From IMG/VR virus record IMGVR_UViG_3300043395_002432, positions 1 to 64,000 of that record: a stretch of DNA of 64,000 nt, one strand, 5' to 3'. The translations under genes and the position numbers were made by a program. Shown piece by piece: positions 55,945 through 64,000 of this stretch. The notes beneath the pieces were generated by a model. It saw only the letters and a list, made by a program, of their open reading frames with translations, was not told the DNA's origin and made no database searches. The stretch is from a virus. How positions within the stretch are numbered: the first letter of the stretch is position 1; each line of letters starts with the position of its first letter.

Positions 55945-58900
55945 TCACCTCCTCGGGGTCGCGGCGGCTGGCCCCTGCACGATGCCAGGGCGAGCAGAGG
56001 GGATCGCCTGAAGCTGCCCGCCTCGGATCGCGGAGAGAATGTCGCGCAAGACCGCCCGCGTCTGATCCCCCTCAGACTTGAGCTGAGCTATGATCCCCTG
56101 GGCATTCCCCTTAGCGAGGTTCGCGTCATAGGTCGCCTGAGCTGAAGCGTCCGACGAAGTCGAATTCGTTCCGGTGGTCTTGATCCCGAGAATGCTGCCA
56201 AGCGACAGGCTGCGGAACACGTCCGCAATCCCCTCAATCGTCGCCGTGACCTTCCCGAAGACGCCCACGAAGACGTCGAGGATCGACTCGAAGACCCCGT
56301 AGAGCGCGTCCGTCACGCTCCCAAAGTGATCCTGAACCAGCTCAGCGCCCTTCGAGAGGACAGCACCAATGGACTCCGCAATCCACTCGAAAGCAGACAC
56401 GACGGCAGCAGGGAAGCCTGTCACCAAGTCGTAGAAGACCTGAAAGCTCGTCTTCGCGTTGTTGACGAAGAGGCGGAACAGCGCAAGGAGCGGGGACTCC
56501 GCCGAGAAGAGCTTGTTGAACACCTCAATGAGCTTGTCCTTCAGCGACGTGACCGACTGAAAGATGGTGGCGAGAGAGATGAGGATCGTCTCCTTCGTTT
56601 GGGGCCAAGCTGCTACGAGCTTGTTGTAAAACGACGAGAAGGCGGTGACGGCTGCATCGATGTAAGAAGCGACGGTGGGCCAAATCTCCACCAAGTAGTC
56701 CCCGATCTCTTTGAGAGGATCGAAGGTGGCTGAGAGATTGCCCTGCGCTGTTGGTGCGAACACCCCACTCATCATGGCGTTGATGCTCATGAGCCAGCCG
56801 TAGAAGGGGTCGATGAGCGACGTCGCCTCGCTGATCGAGGAAGTGATCGAGTCCCACCAAGAGGTGCCTTGGGCTTCCTCGTCCCCACCCCAGAGCATCT
56901 TCAGCATGGCGAAGAGGGGAGAGACGAGCGGAAGGACGGTGCCGAGGCTGTCCTTGATGTTTCGAACGTAGAGGTCGAAATACTCCCCAGCCGTCTCCCC
57001 GAACGACTTGGCGAGGACGGAAGCCTCAGAGAGCCAATCCGTCAAGCTGGTGAGGTTCGGGATCGACGCCAGAACGAAGTCGAATGCGTCGCTCACCGCA
57101 CCAAAGAAGGTCTCGTCAAGGGATGCCCCAAGAGACTTCAGCCAGTCGTACACCTCACCAAAGGTCTGCTTGAAGGATGCCGCCTGCTCGAGCCACGCAT
57201 TCGATTCCTCCTCCCCGTAGAAGATCCTCGAGATCCAAGCGACGATCTCCACCCCCTTGTCGAAGAGGAACTCCGTGAGGTTCTCAATGGCGTAGGTCAG
57301 GACGTCCCGAATGCCAGAGATCACGGAGAACGTCATGGTGAACTGGCGCGTGATCCCATGCACCAAAGTCTCCATGAGGAACGACCCGAGCATGAGCCAA
57401 TTGTCCCCATTGGTGAAGGCGCTCCAGAGAGAGTCCTTCAGCCACGGAACCACGACCGAGAGAAGGCTCTTGGTGAGAGCGGCCCAAGGCACCTCGTCGA
57501 TCACACGCTCCACAATGTCCCGAACACGGAGGGCGAGATCCTTCGCCGTCCCGAGGAGGCCCATGAGAGCCGAGCCAAGCGGAGAGCTGGCGGACTCGCC
57601 GTTCAAGTAGGCACTCAGGGACGCCACGGCCAACGAGATCGAATTCGTGATCCGATCCGCGATCAGCTTGGGGTCGACCTCCATTGCCTTCTTGAGCTGC
57701 TCCGTGAGGAAGCCCTGAAGGAATTGGACACCTTCGAGAAGCGTGTCGCGGATCTTAGTGACAATGTTCTGCGCGATAGGGCCGAATGCCCCACTCATCG
57801 CCTCGTCCACCCCCCACATAGCAGCAGTCAGCGCACCAACTGCAACAACGACAGCACCGATCCCAATTCCCCACGGGCCAAGAGCGGCCAGCATGGGCGT
57901 CAGCATCCCGAACGGCCCACCCGCAAGAAGGAGGTTCTTCAGGTAGGTGAAGGGGACGAGCAAGTCGCTGACGTTGATCCCCACGGACGCAAGGAACTCG
58001 CTCAGGGGAGAGAACGCCTCCGAAGCTGCACCAATGGCAGAGATCGCCACGCTGAGCTTGCCCGTGTCACCGATGAAGGGCTGAAGGGCTGCAGCAAGCC
58101 CTCCTGACTGCATGAGCGAAGCCGCACGCGTGAGCTTCGAGAGCGTGTCGTTCACCCCAGCGATCTGCTCCTGTGAAGCACCAAGTGACTGAAGCTGCTT
58201 GGTGAAGAGATCCAGCCCCTTCCCAGCCGCCAGGGTCTTGACCGCTGCTCCGACCTCCGCATACGCCGCACGCTGGCTCTTCACGAATTCGCGTGCATCT
58301 GGGTACGCAATGCTCTTGAACGTATGCTCGAAATTCTCCTTGATTCGCGCAAGCTGATCGTCAAGCGTCAAGCCCGTGCGATAGCCCTCCTTCCCAAGCT
58401 CTCTGAGGCTCTTGATCCCGCCCTCAATGGGCTTCTGCATCGCCTCCAGGGCCGCGACCGCGTTGTCGCCCGCCTCGAAGAAGTACTCGAAGCCGGGGCC
58501 AAGCTCTTGCGTTACCGTGTCGGACAATTGTTGAAGGAGGACGTCGTTTCGCGGCCCACCTTTCTTGAGATCCGAGTAGAGCTTCGTCATGTTCTTTGCG
58601 AAAGTCAGCGGATCGTCTGTTCCCTTCTTGAGCGCGTCCATCGCCTCAGAGAAGCCTCCAGGGAGGCCAACAGCGAGCTTCTGCAAGAGTGGGCCGAACT
58701 CGCCATCAATGCCCGCCATCATCTTGGGCAGGACGTTCGCATTCTCGGAGAGATTCTTGAAGAGGTCTATGGCGTGGGTGAGGTTCTCCTGCTGCGTCCC
58801 ACCAATGGCCGTGGTCATGGCCGCACCAAGTCGGGTCGCGGACAGGATCATCTTCTGGACGGCTTCCGGCCCCTCCGCCTTCAGCGTCGTGGCGAATGCC

Positions 58901-59661
58901 TCGTCCATCGTCGTCATCATCCCAACCAAGCCACCAAAGGCTTCCGTGCCAATGCCGAGCGCGGTGACCTGCTTCGTGAAGGTGTCGAGGAAGCCGACCG
59001 CCCCCTCCTTGGTGAAGCCATACGAACGAGTGAGGTTCGTGAAGACGTTGCCAAGATCCTCACCTGAGAGACCCGTGACCTCGAGAACCCTTCCGAGATC
59101 CTGCAAGCCGTTCAGTCCGAGATCCTCTGGTGTGATCCCGACCTTCCGCAAGGCAAGGAAGTTCTTTCCAAGCTCGCCTGCGTCCATGTTGAGCGAGCGC
59201 GCCGCACTGGAGATCTGCCCCTCGGCGCGGCGCAGCTCCTTCCCGAAGAGGCCCGCATTCGCAGCCATTCCTGCGAAGCCCTTATCGAATTGGATCGCAG
59301 CCTGTGTGATGCTGGAGACGAATTGCCCCCGGCTCTCACTGAGCTTGTTGATCAGGTCTTGCGCCTTGTCGAACGGAGCGCGCACCAAGTCCGTGGGGTC
59401 GAGCGCGTCGAAGAGCTTGGCGAGCTTAGTGACCGCCGTCTCACCGTCGTTCGCCAGACGAGTCGCGTCGTCAGAAGCTCCCCTGAGGGCGCTGCTGGTG
59501 TTTTTGATCGCCCTGGTGCTTCCCTTCGAAGCAGAAGCAACGCCACTGAGCATGCTCTGGATCGAAGCGTTCAGATCGCTGATCGACGTGTTCAGCGCAG
59601 CGACGTTCTTGTTGAACGCCTTCGTGTTCGCTGAGAAGTTATAGCCGAGTCCGATCCGCAT
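55945..59661 (-). CDS. tape measure protein
   Basis: 1238 aa, helical Ala/Leu/Gly-rich, hydrophobic central segment, periodic aromatics; synteny. Confidence 0.88.
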   Translation of the reverse strand: MRIGLGYNFSANTKAFNKNVAALNTSISDLNASIQSMLSGVASASKGSTRAIKNTSSALRGASDDATRLANDGETAVTKLAKLFDALDPTDLVRAPFDKAQDLINKLSESRGQFVSSITQAAIQFDKGFAGMAANAGLFGKELRRAEGQISSAARSLNMDAGELGKNFLALRKVGITPEDLGLNGLQDLGRVLEVTGLSGEDLGNVFTNLTRSYGFTKEGAVGFLDTFTKQVTALGIGTEAFGGLVGMMTTMDEAFATTLKAEGPEAVQKMILSATRLGAAMTTAIGGTQQENLTHAIDLFKNLSENANVLPKMMAGIDGEFGPLLQKLAVGLPGGFSEAMDALKKGTDDPLTFAKNMTKLYSDLKKGGPRNDVLLQQLSDTVTQELGPGFEYFFEAGDNAVAALEAMQKPIEGGIKSLRELGKEGYRTGLTLDDQLARIKENFEHTFKSIAYPDAREFVKSQRAAYAEVGAAVKTLAAGKGLDLFTKQLQSLGASQEQIAGVNDTLSKLTRAASLMQSGGLAAALQPFIGDTGKLSVAISAIGAASEAFSPLSEFLASVGINVSDLLVPFTYLKNLLLAGGPFGMLTPMLAALGPWGIGIGAVVVAVGALTAAMWGVDEAMSGAFGPIAQNIVTKIRDTLLEGVQFLQGFLTEQLKKAMEVDPKLIADRITNSISLAVASLSAYLNGESASSPLGSALMGLLGTAKDLALRVRDIVERVIDEVPWAALTKSLLSVVVPWLKDSLWSAFTNGDNWLMLGSFLMETLVHGITRQFTMTFSVISGIRDVLTYAIENLTEFLFDKGVEIVAWISRIFYGEEESNAWLEQAASFKQTFGEVYDWLKSLGASLDETFFGAVSDAFDFVLASIPNLTSLTDWLSEASVLAKSFGETAGEYFDLYVRNIKDSLGTVLPLVSPLFAMLKMLWGGDEEAQGTSWWDSITSSISEATSLIDPFYGWLMSINAMMSGVFAPTAQGNLSATFDPLKEIGDYLVEIWPTVASYIDAAVTAFSSFYNKLVAAWPQTKETILISLATIFQSVTSLKDKLIEVFNKLFSAESPLLALFRLFVNNAKTSFQVFYDLVTGFPAAVVSAFEWIAESIGAVLSKGAELVQDHFGSVTDALYGVFESILDVFVGVFGKVTATIEGIADVFRSLSLGSILGIKTTGTNSTSSDASAQATYDANLAKGNAQGIIAQLKSEGDQTRAVLRDILSAIRGGQLQAIPSARPGIVQGPAAATPRR

Positions 59662-59700
59662 ACGAGCCTATAGCCAACGAATTCGAATGCACCAAGCCAG

Positions 59701-59761
59701 TGTCAAGGATCTGTCAGGGTGGGAGAGAAGGAGGGGAAGGGGATCGGGGGGTGCTTAGCTT
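59701..59761 (+). promoter_or_regulatory. promoter of plus-strand island
   Basis: TGTCAAGGATCTGTCAGG, 37 nt, TAGCTT, then ATG at 59767 (leaderless-like). Confidence 0.65.
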
Positions 59762-59766
59762 GAAGC

Positions 59767-60018
59767 ATGCTCAAGACCTACGTCGTGTTCCGTCTCCACG
59801 AGATGCCTCAAGAAGTGAAAGACGCCCTCCTTCGCATGTGGCGAGATCGCTGCTACACAAACGGGTGCTTCGTCGCGTACCGCGAGTGGTACGACGGGAA
59901 TCCAAAACCCGGATCAGATCGGAGTATTGTGGAGGCTTGGCTGCTGCAATCCCCGCATCTGGCGGGGATCATGGACGGCGTGGAGTGTCCTGACGTTCTG
60001 ATCCATTACTGTTGGTGA
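59767..60018 (+). CDS. hypothetical protein
   Basis: 83 aa, first of three plus-strand genes. Confidence 0.65.
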   Translation: MLKTYVVFRLHEMPQEVKDALLRMWRDRCYTNGCFVAYREWYDGNPKPGSDRSIVEAWLLQSPHLAGIMDGVECPDVLIHYCW

Positions 60019-60027
60019 GGTGAGAAA

Positions 60028-60492
60028 ATGAGGTGGTTTGAAGCAGATGGTGTCGCTACGGCGACAGCACCCATGAGCGATCATGTCGTGCTGCGTGCGA
60101 CGGTGACGAATTGGGTGGCGAGTCTCGCTGTTGAGGATCGGGGCGAAATCCGCTGTTTCCTCTGGAGCAAGGAGGGGCTTAGCATGGAGGAGGGGAAGCG
60201 GGCGATCTCGGAGGCGCTTGGTGACCTGGGACGAAAGCTGATCGACCGCGCAGATCCTCCGACCGTGCAGTGGGTTCAGGACGGAGGAATGACGAAGGGA
60301 AGGATCACGCACCAATGCTGCGGGGTAAGTGAGGACGTTGTGATCCATCTCATGCACGGAGAGGCGCTGGTGGCGCGAGTGGGGGGCTTGCTCCTCAAGG
60401 AGGAGGGAAAGCCCTGCATCTTCGATACCGTGGAAGAGGCGAAGATCGCCGCAGAGAAGGCAGTGGCGCGACTTCACCGGAGGAAGGAATGA
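60028..60492 (+). CDS. hypothetical protein
   Basis: GAGGTG RBS. Confidence 0.65.
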   Translation: MRWFEADGVATATAPMSDHVVLRATVTNWVASLAVEDRGEIRCFLWSKEGLSMEEGKRAISEALGDLGRKLIDRADPPTVQWVQDGGMTKGRITHQCCGVSEDVVIHLMHGEALVARVGGLLLKEEGKPCIFDTVEEAKIAAEKAVARLHRRKE

Positions 60493-60692
60493 GAAAGCTC
60501 GAGGATCTCTCCCGCGAGGAGATGCATGCGCTCTTGCTCAAGGTGCGCGATCTCGTCGACGAGCTGCCGTCGTACACGCAGAAGTCTGACGACGGGAGCT
60601 TCATCTACGACCCCTACCTGTGCTGCTCGGGCCACGAAGGGGTGGGGCATGACGCTTGGTGCGTAGTGCGGAAGCTGAAGGAATTGCTTTAG
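60489..60692 (+). CDS. small Cys/His-containing protein
   Basis: ATGA coupling; CCSGH...HDAWC. Confidence 0.6.
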   Translation: MRKLEDLSREEMHALLLKVRDLVDELPSYTQKSDDGSFIYDPYLCCSGHEGVGHDAWCVVRKLKELL

Positions 60693-60865
60693 AGCCGTTC
60701 CTGCCCTTTGCTGTGGGCGGCGAGCGATTCGATGATTCGCTCCCTACGCGAGATCGGCAGCTTCCAGAGTCCCTCGACGCTCATGTTGGAATACATGAGC
60801 GTCGCTTGGAGCTTCTCGATCCGCTCTACGGCGTCTTCACGACCGATACCCCGGTCATAAAAAAA
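60689..60865 (-). CDS. tail assembly chaperone GT extension (-1 frame)
   Basis: YDRGIG...LWKLPISRRERII in -1 frame after slippery site. Confidence 0.7.
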   Translation of the reverse strand, partial: FFYDRGIGREDAVERIEKLQATLMYSNMSVEGLWKLPISRRERIIESLAAHSKGQERL

Positions 60866-61659
60866 GTGAGGACGTTGCCCACCAAGGGGATCTCTCCGTT
60901 CTCCCCGCAGGACGCGCAAGTGTACTTGCCCGAGGCGTCGAATTCGCCCCCGACCCCCTTCGCTGCCTTACGAATGGCAGCGATCTGGCGCACACTCAGC
61001 GCCCGGATGCGCTTCAGGATCTCTCCGATCTCCTCCTTCTTCTCGCCACGCACCACGGGGGTGCCTTGTAGCTCAGCGAGGTTGTGGGCGAGCGAGATCG
61101 ACGCATGGTGGTCGGGGAAGAAGGAATTGGCAGTTACCTCCCAGATCGCGTCCCGCACCACGGGAAGGCGGAGGCGAGCAAGCTGTGGTGCCTGGGGCGT
61201 GCTGACACACCAAGCAGGGTCTTCGTCAGCCTTCAGCGGGATCACCTCCAGCTCGGAGATGTCGAAGGAGTAGCGCCCATCGTTCTTGCACTTCGGACAA
61301 GTGATCGTGAAGTCCAGAACGTCCCCATGCGAAATGCGCGTCGCACCAAGAACGAGGTAGCTGAAGTCCTCCATCGGGAGGTTGAGGATCGCGTTCACCG
61401 AGAACGTCTGCGGAGGCTCCTCTCCGACGTCGTCGTCACAGCCAACGATCAGGCGACTGAGGACGAGCGCGATCCGCCGATACATCTCCTCGGTGGGGAT
61501 CTTCCCGTCCTTAGGCCGAATGGCGAGAATGTCCTGCTCCTCACCCGTCATCTCCCGCAGGCGGAACTTGCGAAGTCGAACATTGGTGCCGTCCTTCTTC
61601 GTCCAAAGGTAGCCGCAAGGCAGCTCGACCATGTCGTGTGAACTTAGCGTTGGTTCCAT
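60826..61659 (-). CDS. tail assembly chaperone (G), Zn-binding
   Basis: VELPCG, LREMTGEEQDIL, CPKC, CASCG, ends LTFF; between tube and tape measure. Confidence 0.75.
   Translation of the reverse strand: MEPTLSSHDMVELPCGYLWTKKDGTNVRLRKFRLREMTGEEQDILAIRPKDGKIPTEEMYRRIALVLSRLIVGCDDDVGEEPPQTFSVNAILNLPMEDFSYLVLGATRISHGDVLDFTITCPKCKNDGRYSFDISELEVIPLKADEDPAWCVSTPQAPQLARLRLPVVRDAIWEVTANSFFPDHHASISLAHNLAELQGTPVVRGEKKEEIGEILKRIRALSVRQIAAIRKAAKGVGGEFDASGKYTCASCGENGEIPLVGNVLTFFMTGVSVVKTP
60859..60865 (-). other. -1 ribosomal frameshift slippery heptamer T TTT TTT
   Basis: ACT TTT TTT ATG in a GC-rich gene; -1 frame open to 60689. Confidence 0.75.
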
Positions 61660-61741
61660 GAATGCTCCCTCCTCAGATCCTAACAAGAAGGGGGGACAGC
61701 ACCAAGCCATCCCCCCCCCTCGACGAATTCGAATTCGCTGC

Positions 61742-62644
61742 TTAGTGCGGAGTCAAGATCACCGTGTAGGTGCCAGCACCGGGCTGGTGCTTCCAGCCGT
61801 AAGCCGTGTTCGCCGTGGAGTTCTTCTGGATCAGCGACTTGTACGCCGCCGAGATCTTCTTGCTGACCTCCTCCTTCGAAGCTCCGGTCACCACCACGTT
61901 GTTCCCCTCGACCTTCGCACCAAGGATCGCCGCAAGCTCCTTGCTGAAGAACTGACGCGCCTCCTCTACAGGCTCCTCCACGCTCTCCTGCACCTTAGAA
62001 GCCTTCGCACGAAGGATCTTCGCAGAGGCAAGCGCGTCCTGCGCGAGGGCGTTGAGACGATCACGCGCCTCCTCGAACGGGTCGACGATGTTGGTGATGG
62101 CAAGGAGCAGACGCTTCTTGGTGAAGGCCGCGTCAATGACGGGCTTCTTCTTGTCCACGGCAGCAGCCAGAGCGGCGTCGCTGGACACCGACCTCGGCTT
62201 CCCTGGCGCATCTTGGAGCATGAGCGCCTCAGGGCTGAGCGCGTAGATCGGCTTCATGGCCGAAGCGAAGCTCCCCTGCGTCTTCGTCTTGATCTCCCTG
62301 GCTGCCGCCTCCAGCCCCTCCGCGAAGGCGATCAGTTGCTTGCGGCTCAGATCCTCCAGCGGGATTCCCATGAAGTCAGTCGGAAGCCCAGACCCCTTGT
62401 TCTTCGCAACCACCGCCTCAGTGTCCTTGTGCCGCTCGTTCTCGCGCTTGGCAGCCGCCTCCGGGGCGTCAGGATCGAAGGAACCGGGCGGATCGTCAGC
62501 CTGCTTGAACGCCTCCTCGACCTCCTCCTCCTCGTCCTCCTCGCCACCAACGTCGTCCAGATCCACCTCCTCGCTCTCAGGATCTTCCCCGCATGTGCCG
62601 TCGCACATAGCGCATTCTGCCAGATTCAGTACGCGATTCGACAT
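61742..62644 (-). CDS. hypothetical protein with acidic N-terminus
   Basis: AGGAGG RBS; poly-Glu stretch. Confidence 0.7.
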   Translation of the reverse strand: MSNRVLNLAECAMCDGTCGEDPESEEVDLDDVGGEEDEEEEVEEAFKQADDPPGSFDPDAPEAAAKRENERHKDTEAVVAKNKGSGLPTDFMGIPLEDLSRKQLIAFAEGLEAAAREIKTKTQGSFASAMKPIYALSPEALMLQDAPGKPRSVSSDAALAAAVDKKKPVIDAAFTKKRLLLAITNIVDPFEEARDRLNALAQDALASAKILRAKASKVQESVEEPVEEARQFFSKELAAILGAKVEGNNVVVTGASKEEVSKKISAAYKSLIQKNSTANTAYGWKHQPGAGTYTVILTPH

Positions 62645-62689
62645 GACCGTATCCTCCTGAAGGAGCATAGACAGGAATGGGGCTTTTCG

Positions 62690-63238
62690 TCAAACCAACG
62701 CACCAGCAGCCACCTCCGTAAAGGCATGCGGCTGCACCGTGAGCGAAAGCATCGTAATATCCCCAGAAGAAGCGTCCAAATCCCCTGGAGTGTAATTCGT
62801 CGGAATACAGTCCCACAAGATCCATGAACGCGCAGGCAGCTTGGTGACCCCTGGGATCGGAACACCAACAGAGAGGCTCCCGCCCAAGCCAAACGGAAGC
62901 TGGTTCCCAGGCATGAGCTGGATCACCAAGAGGTTCCTGCGAAATTGATCGATCCCATTGATCGAACGCTCGACCCAACGGTAAAAGTCCGTGTCGTCCG
63001 CACGCGCTCCGCGCTCGAACGTCACAGGATTGACTTGCGCCCCCGTGACGTAAGGGGTGGAGTAGTGACTGTTCAGGGGGCGATTCTGCTCGGTCTCGAC
63101 CTCCAGTCCGATCCCCGAGACGCGAGCGCAGCCGATGGAGGGCATCAGCACGAAGAAGGGGGGATTGAGGTTCGGGCTGATATCGCAGACCACGAAGCGA
63201 AATCCACCAATGTGATCCCGCCAACGCTCTCTTGGCAT
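62690..63238 (-). CDS. tail tube protein (T4 gp19-like)
   Basis: RDHIGGFRF, VSGIGLEVE, VTFERG...DFYRW, RRNL, W.L.DCIPT.Y.PGDLDASS. Confidence 0.88.
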   Translation of the reverse strand: MPRERWRDHIGGFRFVVCDISPNLNPPFFVLMPSIGCARVSGIGLEVETEQNRPLNSHYSTPYVTGAQVNPVTFERGARADDTDFYRWVERSINGIDQFRRNLLVIQLMPGNQLPFGLGGSLSVGVPIPGVTKLPARSWILWDCIPTNYTPGDLDASSGDITMLSLTVQPHAFTEVAAGALV

Positions 63239-63263
63239 TCGCTCCTCCGCGAATTCGAATTCG

Positions 63264-63719
63264 TTAGGCCGGGGTCGTCACCCACGAGTCGCCGTCCCGT
63301 GCCACGGGAATCCCCGCGAGCCGCAGCGCCCTCCGAACCTCCTCCGTCGACACCAAGTCCGAAACGACGACCGAGATCTGCATGCGCTTCTCGCCCGCGT
63401 CGGAGTCCTCGATGGAGAGGTCAGCCTCCTTCCCGATGCGGATTCCGTCCGTCTGGTAGAAACGCACCGTAGCCGAAAGATCCCGCACGACCTTCTCGAT
63501 CTTCAGCGCGCTGCCCCAGAGTGAATCCATCTGGTGCGAGAGCGAACGAACTGTCACAGGAAGGAGCATCCGGGCGCGAAGGATGATCTCCGTCCCAGGC
63601 ATGGAGGAATGCCTGCTCGTCTCGCTCCAGGGACGCACCAAGTACTCCCGAACTACACGCCCAGGGGTCACGTCCTCGTCGAGGGAAATCTCTTGCAGCC
63701 GAAGGAGAAGGTCGCGCAT
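63264..63719 (-). CDS. hypothetical protein
   Basis: GAGGA RBS before MRDLLL. Confidence 0.6.
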   Translation of the reverse strand: MRDLLLRLQEISLDEDVTPGRVVREYLVRPWSETSRHSSMPGTEIILRARMLLPVTVRSLSHQMDSLWGSALKIEKVVRDLSATVRFYQTDGIRIGKEADLSIEDSDAGEKRMQISVVVSDLVSTEEVRRALRLAGIPVARDGDSWVTTPA

Positions 63720-63772
63720 CAGGGTTCCTCTTGAGAGGGGAATTACACCAAAAGCAACTCCTGCCAAGATTC

Positions 63773-64000
63773 CTACACCAAGTCCTCACGACTCGCCTGA
63801 TCGATGGAGACGTGATTCACGACCAATGAGACGTTGCGGATCGGGATTGTGCGGTTCAATGGCGGAAGGTTTCGGATCTTTCCCTTCACGTCGTCATTCA
63901 ATGCGCCCGAGGGAAGGTAGCCAAGCGTCAGGTGCGGCCTGTACCGCAAGTACTGCTTCGAGACGTTTAGCGGATTGAACGCATGCACAAGCGCCATGTG
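63773..64000 (-). CDS. 2H phosphoesterase-like protein, C-terminal part (truncated by window)
   Basis: YRPHLTLGYL second HxT motif. Confidence 0.5.
   Translation of the reverse strand, partial: HMALVHAFNPLNVSKQYLRYRPHLTLGYLPSGALNDDVKGKIRNLPPLNRTIPIRNVSLVVNHVSIDQASREDLV

Overview
This 64-kb window is part of a large, GC-rich tailed (myovirus-type, probably jumbo) phage genome, with nearly all genes on the minus strand. It encodes a contractile-tail module (tube, frameshifted tail chaperone, tape measure, gpX/LysM, hub, spike, gp25, baseplate J, gpI-like, fibre proteins, GH46-like muramidase) and replication/nucleotide genes (sliding clamp, DnaC-like loader, ThyX, MazG-like, HD hydrolase, DNA methyltransferase). 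It also has an Rnl2-type RNA ligase, a Ycf46-AAA/DUF1257/DUF2997/radical-SAM cassette and many small hypotheticals. The most unusual region is a ~7-kb tRNA cluster (10.5-17.2 kb). Folding it by hand gave about 18 conventional tRNAs interleaved with about 18 tRNA-shaped RNAs that keep the acceptor stem and T-arm but have a rebuilt anticodon arm (long stems capped by UUCG/UACG/GNRA tetraloops, shrunken arms, multi-hairpin inserts, one ~165-nt insert). Two CX5R phosphatase paralogues and a GNAT lie inside this cluster, and a degenerate defence-type ATPase with a double-pseudoknot leader lies next to it. Three motifs recur across the window: a 14-bp palindrome CGMAKTCGAMTKCG (30 exact copies found by eye), a strongly enriched CACCAA/TTGGTG word, and an 11-bp-period direct repeat 36-38 nt upstream of -10-like hexamers. 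A converging 3+2 array of ~58-bp repeats and a ~470-nt structured non-coding region are unexplained. All protein calls rest on motif recognition and all RNA folds are manual; no database search was run.
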